In this document: positions 8,469 through 17,900 of the stretch, piece by piece
Layout of the letters: each line of letters starts with the position of its first letter
How positions within the stretch are numbered: position 1 is the first letter of the stretch
Assembly: GCA_963759055.1 (NCBI GenBank)
Contig: CAVWYD010000009.1
Span: 54,529-118,528, forward strand
Direction: 5' to 3'
Length of the DNA: 64,000 nucleotides
From: an uncultured Gammaproteobacteria bacterium
Lineage (GTDB): Bacteria > Pseudomonadota > Gammaproteobacteria > Chromatiales > Chromatiaceae
Translations under genes and position numbers: made by a program
The notes under the pieces: model-generated
Database searches by the model: none
What the model saw: the letters and a program-made list of their open reading frames with translations, nothing else
What the model was told of the DNA's origin: nothing

Positions 8469-10535
8469 TTACAGATGATCGGCAAGCTGTTCCTTCAGAT
8501 AATCGAACCAGCTGGCAGGCAGTGGTTCGGTCAGCTCGACCGCGCGTTCGAAATCGGGGTCAAAGACATGCTCAACCAGTGATTCGACGGCTGCCGGGTG
8601 CGAGGTGGCAATATTGGTCTCCTTGTTGAGGCGCAGGCTGAGCCTGTCGAAGTTGGCGGAACCCAGACAGGCCCAGCCGTCATAGATCGCGGCTTTGAGA
8701 TGCGACATGCCGGGATAGATGTAAACCCGGATGCCGTTTCTCAGCATAACGTTGGCCGCCAGGACGTTGCTGCGGTTTATCAGTCCCGAGTCGTTCCGGT
8801 AGGGCATGATCACCCGCACATCCACGCCGCGCCGTCGTGCTTTCACCAGTTCGTAGAGTACGGCGTCGCTGGTCAGGTACGCGTTCTGAATCCAGACACG
8901 ATTTTGGGCGCGGCGCATGGCGGCGATCTGAGACTGCAGTATCTGTGAGCGGCCGGTTTTCGTGTATACCAGGCGCAGCGGGTAGTCCTGTTCCCCCGGT
9001 TCGCGGACGGGATGATCGCTGCGTTGAAAGGTAGCCTGCAGGTCGCCGAGCAATCCGGCCTGCGCTCGCGCATTTTCAAAGTCCCGGATCAGCACATCGA
9101 TCACCGGTCCCTTGACCTCCACCATAAGGTCATGCCATTCGTAACGATACTCGCGTCCTATGTTCATGCCACCGAGAAAGGCGGATTTGTCATCAACGAT
9201 GATCGTCTTGGTATGATCACCCTGCATCCAGGGGTTGGAGAGCATACGCACACTGATGTCAGAATCTGCCCGCAGGTAGTTGGCGATGGACAGCGGACCC
9301 CGCGGCGCGTGTTCCGGCGTGTACTCGGGCTTCGCCATGCCGCCGGCAATGGTGCCGAAGCCGTCCAGCAGTATCTGTATCGAGACCTCTTTGGAGCGCC
9401 TCTTCAGCAGGTCCGCTATCTTTACCGCGTAGTCGTCATTGTCGAAGATATACATGCGCATGCGGATGGAACTGCGTGCTGCGTCGATCCCATGAATGAG
9501 GGCCGGAAAAAACGCCGGCCCGTCCACCAGGTAACGGATCTGACCGTGGGTACCGTCGCCAAGCAGTTCGTCCAGTTCGCGTTCCCAGGCCTCCCGGTTC
9601 ATGAAGTCTGAATCGCTCAGTGGTGCCAGTGGAGAGGGAGGGATTGCCCAGGTGGGTGTTGGTTGCAGCGTGTCGAGTACCGTGGTGCTGAGGCTGGACA
9701 GAAGTCGGGCGAAGGATGACAGTGGCCGCGTGTAGACGCTTTCCGCCTGACTGCTTATGGCATGAAAGGTAGCCTGTGCGGTTCCTGCCGGGCCATACCC
9801 CAGCAACTGGTTTTCTTCCGTCCATCGCTGGATGAAATACACGCGATTTTCTTCCAGGTCCATGAACACGAATGGGTAACCGGTGTCGGGAAAATCACCC
9901 GTGTTGAACAGCATGTAACGTCTGTCATTGTTTTGCAGCCGCAGCGAGTGCCGCACGCTCTCGGCAGCCTGCTGCAGCAGGCGGGTCAGGGTGATGGCTT
10001 TTGCGGGTTCCATCTGCGGAGGTTTCTTTTCGAGTGGGACCGCCTGCAGTTCGCCGGATTCGTCGACATAGAGGAAGATTTCTTCCTGACGCAGAACGTC
10101 CAACACCACGCCCCGGCCAGGGACCAACGCCGCGATTTCCCGCTCGAGTTGACGAATCAGTTCCCGCCAGGCCTCCACCGGCCGGATGTTCACGGCTGTG
10201 CCCGTTGTTTTTTGACCGGCAGGTTCGGCTTGAAGCGCCTGGAAACGAATGATCGGCGGTATCAAGTCGCGCAGGGATGGGTCTGTGGAGCCCGGGGCAA
10301 GCAGGTCGCCGCTAACCGGTATTTCCCGGTCGCCGTCCATGTAGCTGATATTCAGCTGGCCCCCGACGGAGACCTCGGCCTTTGTCGCAATAATTGGACG
10401 CGCACTGCTCGATGCGAGGTACGCCAGTTGCGAAGCCGGTAACTTGTCTTTGTCATCAGGCCCGCCGGCGCAGGCGCTCAACAGGCCTATTATTAACCCG
10501 GCCACCCAATATGCCGGGTTCATAGCAGGCAGCAC
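8469..10535 (-). CDS. Phospholipase D superfamily lipoprotein (cardiolipin-synthase-like catalytic core)
   Basis: LSAC lipobox; two HKD motifs (HTKTIIVD...GGMNIG and HLKAAIYD...GSANFD); ~300 aa unassigned N-terminal region. Confidence 0.85.
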   Translation of the reverse strand: MLPAMNPAYWVAGLIIGLLSACAGGPDDKDKLPASQLAYLASSSARPIIATKAEVSVGGQLNISYMDGDREIPVSGDLLAPGSTDPSLRDLIPPIIRFQALQAEPAGQKTTGTAVNIRPVEAWRELIRQLEREIAALVPGRGVVLDVLRQEEIFLYVDESGELQAVPLEKKPPQMEPAKAITLTRLLQQAAESVRHSLRLQNNDRRYMLFNTGDFPDTGYPFVFMDLEENRVYFIQRWTEENQLLGYGPAGTAQATFHAISSQAESVYTRPLSSFARLLSSLSTTVLDTLQPTPTWAIPPSPLAPLSDSDFMNREAWERELDELLGDGTHGQIRYLVDGPAFFPALIHGIDAARSSIRMRMYIFDNDDYAVKIADLLKRRSKEVSIQILLDGFGTIAGGMAKPEYTPEHAPRGPLSIANYLRADSDISVRMLSNPWMQGDHTKTIIVDDKSAFLGGMNIGREYRYEWHDLMVEVKGPVIDVLIRDFENARAQAGLLGDLQATFQRSDHPVREPGEQDYPLRLVYTKTGRSQILQSQIAAMRRAQNRVWIQNAYLTSDAVLYELVKARRRGVDVRVIMPYRNDSGLINRSNVLAANVMLRNGIRVYIYPGMSHLKAAIYDGWACLGSANFDRLSLRLNKETNIATSHPAAVESLVEHVFDPDFERAVELTEPLPASWFDYLKEQLADHL

Positions 10536-10684
10536 TTAAACATCCGGCCTCCGGCACGTATCCATCCCATCGCCGGCCGTCAATTCTGATTGCGGCATCG
10601 CTTGCGAATCACCGCCTGTGATGATCCGAGATCTTTACGGCCGGATATCGGCATTGTGGACGGACATCGGTCCTGCTGCCCTGC

Positions 10685-10915
10685 TCATCCGGCAGATCCT
10701 CGATGCAGGGAACGACGATACAGTTTGAACGCCAGCAATACCCAGGGGGCGGCATGCATGACCAGGTCGAATATGTCGATCGGTCGGGCAAGTTCGCCGG
10801 CCGCAAGCATCCTGAGTTTCTCCAGCAGGTGCGGCTCCGGGACGAAGGGCGCCAGCCCCAGGGTGAGCGAGGCGATCACGAAAAGTATCAATGGTTGTCG
10901 ATCAATCCAGTTCAA
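10685..10915 (-). CDS. Small two-TM conserved membrane protein
   Basis: 76 aa with LGLAPFVPEPHLLEKL and IDIFDLVMH motifs; co-oriented downstream of the arsS operon. Confidence 0.7.
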   Translation of the reverse strand: MNWIDRQPLILFVIASLTLGLAPFVPEPHLLEKLRMLAAGELARPIDIFDLVMHAAPWVLLAFKLYRRSLHRGSAG

Positions 10916-10996
10916 ATCGGTTTCCTGAAAAACAGGGGTTGAGTTTCAACCTCCGCGTTGATCCTGGGTCAAGTTTACCCCGACGGAACGAGCCGA

Positions 10997-11653
10997 TCAT
11001 TCGCCCGACCCGTTTGCACATTCGATCTCTGCAGTCGAGGCCAGTTGTGGGAAGCGCAGAAGGTCTTCCGGTTTATCGACGTCATACTTTATCGGAAGCT
11101 CCGTAAAACTCCATTGCAGGTATCGCAGCCGAAGGCGCGTCGCGGCCAGAACCCTGTTTGTCCCCCAGGGTACGCGGTGGAAAAGATGCGGATCCGCCTT
11201 TCTCAATCCGATCAGGACGTATCCTCCATCCGCGGCAGGCCCCAGGACCGCATCGTTTTGCTCGAGCGCCTGAAAGGCTGCATCGAGATAGGGCGGATCG
11301 TATTCCGGGCAGTCGCTCCCGATCAGGACGGCGCTGTCTGCATTTCGCAGGGTTTCTGCAAAGGCGGCATGCATGCGCGAGCCGAGGTCGTCGCCGGATT
11401 GTGCATGGACTGACATTCCAAGCCGGTTGGCCATATCCGCCACAAGCGGATGTGGATCCGGCTGGTCGATCCAGAGTTCGCGACCGTGTGCAAAGACCTG
11501 TGAGCAGGTCGCCAGGGTGTCCTCGAGCATGCGCCGGTACACTGCAGTCGCGGGCCCCAGCCCCATCGCCGGGATCAGCCGTGTCTTTACGCGGCCCGGT
11601 ATGGGGTTGCGGGCAAAAACCAGAAGATGGCGCCTGTGCCGCGAGGGAGTCAT
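10997..11653 (-). CDS. TIGR04282-family (DUF2064) glycosyltransferase, arsenosugar-biosynthesis associated
   Basis: FARNPIPGRVKTRL, QSGDDLGSRM, IGSDCP, LGPAADGGYVLIGL and DVDKPEDL motifs; ATGA overlap with the upstream gene at 11650-11653. Confidence 0.88.
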   Translation of the reverse strand: MTPSRHRRHLLVFARNPIPGRVKTRLIPAMGLGPATAVYRRMLEDTLATCSQVFAHGRELWIDQPDPHPLVADMANRLGMSVHAQSGDDLGSRMHAAFAETLRNADSAVLIGSDCPEYDPPYLDAAFQALEQNDAVLGPAADGGYVLIGLRKADPHLFHRVPWGTNRVLAATRLRLRYLQWSFTELPIKYDVDKPEDLLRFPQLASTAEIECANGSGE

Positions 11654-12345
11654 CGGTAGCGTTTTGCCAGATCCCGCGGTTCCGCGCCCAGTGCGTAGGC
11701 CAGGCGCAGGCGCCACATCAGGACGATGGTGCGGACGATACCTTTATGTTCCCAGCGTCGGCTCGAGGTCTGCAGCCTCGGTCGTCGGATACAGGCCGGC
11801 GCCGAGCCGCGTCGCAAGGCCTTCGACAGTGCGATGTCCTCCATCAGGGGTATTTGCGGAAAGCCCGAGACAGAGTCGAAAGTTCTGTGCTCGACGAATA
11901 TCCCCTGATCGCCGGTTGCCAGCCCGGTGGCGCGCGAACGCAGGTTCATCAGGCGTTCGACGATGCGCAGCAGCCATTTCGAGCCTGACAGCGAAATGTC
12001 GAACCGGCCCCACAGCCGGCCATTGCTGCAGGCCTGCAGCAGCTGTTCGGCAGCCGCTGGAGGTACACGCGTGTCGGCGTGAAGAAACCACAGGATATCG
12101 CCCTTGGCACGCTCGGCGCCTGCATTCATCTGAGCGGCGCGACCGCGAATCGAATGCAGAATGCTGTCCACCTCCGGGCTGGCCACTTCGGCGGTCCGGT
12201 CTTCACTGCCTCCATCGACCAGGATGATTTCGTGCCCCTGCCGGCGCAGCGGGGCAAGGTCTTCCAGCAGACCCGTGATGGTGTCCGCCTCGTTGAGTGC
12301 AGGGATGATGACGGAAATACGCAGGGTGCGGCTGATCGCACTCAT
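11650..12345 (-). CDS. TIGR04283-family GT2 glycosyltransferase, arsenosugar-biosynthesis associated
   Basis: ISVIIPALNE, VDGGSED, GRAAQMNAGA, FLHADT, TGDQGIF, PLMED and TSSRRW motifs; ATGA overlap with arsS. Confidence 0.9.
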   Translation of the reverse strand: MSAISRTLRISVIIPALNEADTITGLLEDLAPLRRQGHEIILVDGGSEDRTAEVASPEVDSILHSIRGRAAQMNAGAERAKGDILWFLHADTRVPPAAAEQLLQACSNGRLWGRFDISLSGSKWLLRIVERLMNLRSRATGLATGDQGIFVEHRTFDSVSGFPQIPLMEDIALSKALRRGSAPACIRRPRLQTSSRRWEHKGIVRTIVLMWRLRLAYALGAEPRDLAKRYR

Positions 12346-13313
12346 GCGCTGCCCTGCAGGGCTCCTCCGCAACTCGAACCCTGGCCGGCGGTACAGCCGT
12401 AGCAATGATCTGCGACCAGGATCGGGTTTTCCGCCAGGGCCAGCGAGCGCAGGTCCCGCAGGTGCGCGCGCCCTGTGCTGCCGGTCTGGATGCCCAGTCC
12501 GAGCATCTGGTTGAAATCGCAGTCATAAAGGTAGCCCTGCCAGTCGACCGAGACCATACTGCGGCACATCACACCCGACAGGTTTTCGTCCTGGTGGGCC
12601 TGTTTGAGCAGGTTCATGTACTCATCGAACTGGCCGAGCGAGAGCAGGGTGCTTCCAAAGCGCTGGATCGGCAGATTGGCCAGCGCCAGGAGCTGGTTGA
12701 AACGGATCCCGTAGTTGTCTGCCAGTATCCTGCGGTAATCGGCCTCCAACCCGGATTGCGGTGGCGGCAGTGATGGGCCCTGTGGGTTATAGACAAGGTT
12801 GAGTTTCAGTCTGCCCTGTGGCGCGCCATAACCGAGGCCGTTTAGTTTCTCGAGCGCCCGGAGACTGCTCTCGAACACCCCCTTGCCACGCTGACGATTT
12901 ACATTCTCCGCCAGGTAACAGGGCAGGGAGGCGACGATCTCGACCTCGTTGTCGGCGAGGAAGCAGGCCAGGCCCTCCTGTCCCGGTTCGTTCAGGATCG
13001 TCAGATTGCAGCGGTCGATAACCCGCACGCCGAGGCCACGTGCCTGCTCGACCAGCCTGCGGAATTCCGGGTTCAGCTCCGGCGCACCCCCCGTCAGATC
13101 CAGGGTGTCGAATGGCAGGGCGTGCAGATTTTCGATCACGAGATCCACGATATCCGCTGTCATCACCTCGGTGCGGTTTGGACCCGCGGCAACATGGCAG
13201 TGCAGGCATTGCTGGTTGCAGCGATAACCGAGATTGACCTGAAGTGTCTGCAGGCGGGCGCGACGGATCGCCGGAAAATCGGAAGGTCGCAGCTTGTCGA
13301 GAGTATCCAGCAT
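12342..13313 (-). CDS. arsS: Radical SAM protein ArsS family (TIGR04167, Cys-rich C-terminus)
   Basis: LQVNLGYRCNQQCLHCHV (CxxxCxxC), DLTGGAPELNP, YDCDFNQML and HCYGCTAGQGSSCGG. Confidence 0.9.
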   Translation of the reverse strand: MLDTLDKLRPSDFPAIRRARLQTLQVNLGYRCNQQCLHCHVAAGPNRTEVMTADIVDLVIENLHALPFDTLDLTGGAPELNPEFRRLVEQARGLGVRVIDRCNLTILNEPGQEGLACFLADNEVEIVASLPCYLAENVNRQRGKGVFESSLRALEKLNGLGYGAPQGRLKLNLVYNPQGPSLPPPQSGLEADYRRILADNYGIRFNQLLALANLPIQRFGSTLLSLGQFDEYMNLLKQAHQDENLSGVMCRSMVSVDWQGYLYDCDFNQMLGLGIQTGSTGRAHLRDLRSLALAENPILVADHCYGCTAGQGSSCGGALQGSA

Positions 13314-13643
13314 GAGAAAACCCGGTAGGAGTCAATGTCGTGTTCCGGCCCGCCACATGGCGACCCCTCTCGAATGCTACCGGATAGCGGGTGCTGGGTT
13401 CCATTCATTGCGTCTTCAATCGCCGCGTGTTTCCTGGTGTATTTCATACGGCTGCCTGGCCGCAACCGGTTTGTTTTTCCCGATTCCGGAGAATTGGCGC
13501 AGGGGCGCTGATTTCACTCAGTTTTCTGCTGCGTAGGCCGTTACAGGCTTAGCAAGGGACTGAATCTTCCAGCCGGTAGGTTGGGGACGATTCTGTTGTG
13601 GCAGTGACGAACGGATCTGACAGGGACCAGGGTAGACATTGAC

Positions 13644-14720
13644 GTGAGTGTGACAGACAGAGATATTGCATCGGCGGAAGTGGAGTCGCATTCACTGATG
13701 TTCGACGTCGACAGCGCCGAACAGGCGGCCGAGTATCTGCGCCAGGCCCTGGGTCTGCTCGGCAAGCTGAGCGTTGCTCCCGCGCCCCTTTACTACACCC
13801 TCGTGTATAACTACATCGCCGGAAAGAGTGTACGGCTAAACAAGGAATTGGATGCACTTATCGAGGAGGGGGGCGCACTCGACAAAGAAGGCGCCATAGC
13901 ACTGTTTCAGCGGTTTCTCGGTGCGGGTGGCGAGAGCCTGATCGAGGATATCCGTGCAGAGTTGGTGACCATGGTTGCCCAGGTGATCGGGGCGCTGGTG
14001 GATATTGCCGGCAAGACTTCGCTCACCAATGCCGCCATATCGGCGCAGATCGATCGCCTGGCCGATACCGGCAGGCCCAAGGAGGTTATCTCCGCTGCGA
14101 CCGCGATACTGGCCGAGACACGGGAATTCGTGACCGAATCCAGGCAGTTCGAGGCGGAACTCCTGTCCTCGGTCGAGGAAATGCACAAGCTCAAGCAGGA
14201 ACTGTCGAATGCAAAGCGCGAGGCGTCGCTAGACGGGCTGACCGGGCTGTACAATCGGCGTTCGTTCGACCGCAGACTGGGTGAGTTGATTGCAGCGGCG
14301 GATGGCCTGGACGACGGTTTCTGCCTGCTTTTCCTGGATATCGATCATTTCAAAAACGTCAACGACAGCTTCGGTCATATGGTCGGAGACAAGGTTCTGA
14401 GCGAGTTTGGCAGGCAGATAGGCAAGCTGACCCGGCGCAGCGACTTCCTGGCCCGATATGGTGGCGAAGAGTTCGCGATCCTTCTGCCGAGCACGCGTAT
14501 CACCAACGCTTTCACCGTGGCAGAGAACATTCGCGGTACGCTGCAGCTTGTGCGCCTGCGCCGGTCCAGCTCACGGCAGTCGCTTGGGGCGGTGACCGTC
14601 TCGCTCGGCGTTGCATGTTATCGGATGGGCGAATCTGCGGAAGATCTGATCGGGCGTTGCGACAAGGCGCTTTACCGGGCGAAAAGCCTCGGTCGAAACC
14701 GAACGGTTCTTGCTGATTGA
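13644..14720 (+). CDS. Cytoplasmic diguanylate cyclase (coiled coil + GGDEF)
   Basis: LDGLTGLYNRR, DIDHFKNVNDSFGH and RRSDFLARYGGEEF. Confidence 0.9.
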   Translation: MSVTDRDIASAEVESHSLMFDVDSAEQAAEYLRQALGLLGKLSVAPAPLYYTLVYNYIAGKSVRLNKELDALIEEGGALDKEGAIALFQRFLGAGGESLIEDIRAELVTMVAQVIGALVDIAGKTSLTNAAISAQIDRLADTGRPKEVISAATAILAETREFVTESRQFEAELLSSVEEMHKLKQELSNAKREASLDGLTGLYNRRSFDRRLGELIAAADGLDDGFCLLFLDIDHFKNVNDSFGHMVGDKVLSEFGRQIGKLTRRSDFLARYGGEEFAILLPSTRITNAFTVAENIRGTLQLVRLRRSSSRQSLGAVTVSLGVACYRMGESAEDLIGRCDKALYRAKSLGRNRTVLAD

Positions 14721-14919
14721 TGCCATCTGCCGGACCGTCCTCGTCCCGGTTAACACCATGTGCCCGGTATTTCGCTCCTGCCAGTCATCGAGCCATGCCC
14801 TGGCGCAACCGGCCATGGCGGCAGTTTGGTGCCTGGTCCGTCCATTCTGCAAAGTTTTGACTACCCTTTCATCAGGAGTCGCACTGTGCAATCTCTGACT
14901 CCCGGCCATTGGGGGAAGC

Positions 14920-17900
14920 ATGTTCAGAAAAAACAATAACCGCCTGATCCGCAGTTTGAGCAAACTGCTCGCGGACACCCCTCCGGACGGCACCCGTCCC
15001 GTGGAGGCCGGTCAGCTCGAACAGCTGCTGGGCGTTTATTACCGGCATATATCTCCAGCTGATCTCGAGGAGCATGATCCACACGATCTGCTCGGGGCTC
15101 TGGTTGCGCACTGGCGATTGATGCGCAGACGCCGACCCGATGAGGCAGTGGTCCGGGTCTACAACCCGGAACAGGAAGAACACGGCTGGCGCAGCACTGA
15201 CACCATCGTCGAGGTTGTTGCGCAGGACATGCCGTTTCTGGTGGATTCGATATCCTCCGCCCTGAACCGGAAGGGCATGACCATCAGGCTCACCATCCAC
15301 CCGGTGTTCGGCGTCAGCCGGGACTCCAAAGGCATTCTCACCGCCGTGCACGAAAGCAAAAGCGGCGAAAAGGTCACTTCCACCGAGGCTGTTTTGAGGT
15401 TCCATGTGGACCGCCAGCCTTTGCATACACTTGCCGGGCTGGAACGCCTGGTGTCCGGCGTGATCGCAGATATCAAACTGGCGACTTCAGACTGGTTGAA
15501 GATGAAGGGTCAGGCAGAAAAGATCCAGTCTGAGCTTGGCAGTCGTGCGCCGCAGGCAGCCTGTCCGGATGTCGATGAGGTCAGGGCTTTTCTGAACTGG
15601 ATGATCGCTGACCATTTCCTGTTCATTTCGACCTGTCGCTTTGTCTTGCAGGTTGATGGCGAAAAAGGCGTTCTGCGCCTGGCCGGGGATTCCTGCCTGG
15701 GTGTATTGCGCGGTGGCGTCGAATCAGGTCGGCGCGCAGAGGACTGGATATCGGGCCTGGGTGTGGATCTGCGTGCATTCCACTACGATCTGGTGATCAC
15801 CAAGGCAAACGCAAGATCAAGCATCCACAGGCCGGCCTATATGGACTGTGTGGCGGTCAAGCAAAGGGACGAACAGGGCAAGGTGGTTGGTCTCTATTGC
15901 CTGATCGGGCTGTTCTCCTCAGGCGCCTACAGCACACCGCCGCGGCAGATACCCCTGTTGAGAAAGAAGGTCGACGAGGTTTTTGCAGCGGCGAAGATTA
16001 CACCCAACAGCCATTCCGGGCGGGTGGTTGCCAACATTCTGGACAACCTCCCCCGCGATCTGCTGTTTCAAATCGGCACCAAGGATCTGTTGAGTACCAC
16101 GCTGGGTGTGCTCAGCCTGCAGGAACGCCAGCGCACCCGGCTGTTCATCATCCAGGACCCGTTCGGTCGTTTCTTTACCTGTCTCGTCTATCTGCCGCGA
16201 GAGCACTACAGCCGTGACGTCCGCATCGCGGTGCAGAATATCCTGGCCCAGGCATTGGGCGGCACCGACGTTGTCTTTGACACGCAGTTTTCCGAGTCGA
16301 TACTGGCTAGGATCTACTACGTGATCAGGGTCCCGGTGGGTTCCCAGCCAAGTTTTGACATCGACGATCTGGAACAGCAGGTGGTCGAGGTTACGACGAC
16401 CTGGCAGGATGGCCTGCGCGCCGCCCTGTTCAGCGAGGTTGCCGAGTCACGGGCGACAGGCTACCTGAGTGACTATGCAGACGCTTTCCCCGGAGGTTAT
16501 CGCGAAGACTGTCACCCGCGTATCGCGGTAAAAGATATTCAGCGTATCGAGCGTGCGCGTCGCGATGGTCGGCTCGTGTTACATCTTTATTACCCGATCG
16601 CTGAAAACGCCGAGCAGTTACACGTCCGCCTCTATTCGATGAGCAAGCCGGTTTCGCTGTCGCAGGTGATACCCATCCTGGAGCACATGGGGCTCAGCGT
16701 CTTCGGCGAACGCCCGTATCGTATCCGGCATCCTGCCGGCGATGCCTGGATACATGACTTCGCAACACGCCGTTCGGTCGGCAGAAAAACGGTCCCGGCC
16801 AGGGTCAGGACGCTTTTCGGGGATGCCTTTTTACGTGTCTGGGAAGGCGACGTCGATGACGATGGGTTCAACGGACTCGTCCTGCGTGCCGGTCTATCGT
16901 GGAAAGAGGCCCTGCTGTTCAGGGCATACAGCCGGTACCAGCACCAGATCAAGGTACCGTACACGCGAGCGTATTCGATCGCGGTTCTGAACCGACATCC
17001 GGAAGTGGTGCGCAAGCTGAATCGCCTGTTTCGTCTGCGTTTCTCACCGGATGAAGCCGATGCGGGGACACAACAGGAGAAGAGACTCCAGGAGTTCGAG
17101 AATCTGCTGGAGAATGTGTCGAGCCTGGATGAGGATCGGATCCTGCGCGGCTTTCTCAATCTGATCCAGGCGACGCTGCGCACGAATTTTTATTGTCTCA
17201 ATAGTGACGGCACGGACAGGACCTACCTGTCGTTCAAGATCGACCCCAGCCGCATACCGGACGTTCCCCTGCCATTGCCGATGTTCGAGATCTTTGTCTT
17301 TTCGGCACGTATGGAGGGGGTGCACCTGCGTGGTGGGCGCGTCGCACGCGGCGGTTTGCGCTGGTCCGACCGGATGGAGGACTACCGCACCGAGGTCCTC
17401 GGCCTCATGAAGGCCCAGATGGTCAAGAACACGGTCATCGTGCCGGTCGGCTCCAAGGGCGGGTTCGTGGTCAAGAACGGTACCGCCCAGGAAAGCCGTG
17501 AACAGCTCATGACAAAGGTGGTTGCCTGTTACCAGACCCTGTTGCGCGGCATGCTGGATGTCACGGACAACCTGGTCGGCGACGAGCTGGTTCCGCCAAC
17601 CCGTGTTGTTCGTCATGATGAGGACGATCCCTACCTGGTCATCGCCGCGGACAAGGGCACGGCCACATTCTCCGATATCGCCAATCAGGTCGCCGCCGAG
17701 TACGGTTTCTGGCTGGGCGATGCCTTCGCCTCGGGCGGCTCCGTTGGTTACGATCACAAGCTCATGGGAATCACCGCGCGGGGCGCCTGGGAGTCGGTCA
17801 AGCGCCACTTCCGCGAACTGGGTCTGGATACCCAGTCTCAGGATTTCACCGTCATCGGCATTGGTGACATGTCTGGTGATGTGTTTGGCAACGGGATGTT

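Noticed and set aside
12342-12400. Selenocysteine-containing ArsS
   Set aside because: The C-terminal motif is encoded as Cys (GSSCGG); the only TGA is the stop overlapping the next ATG.
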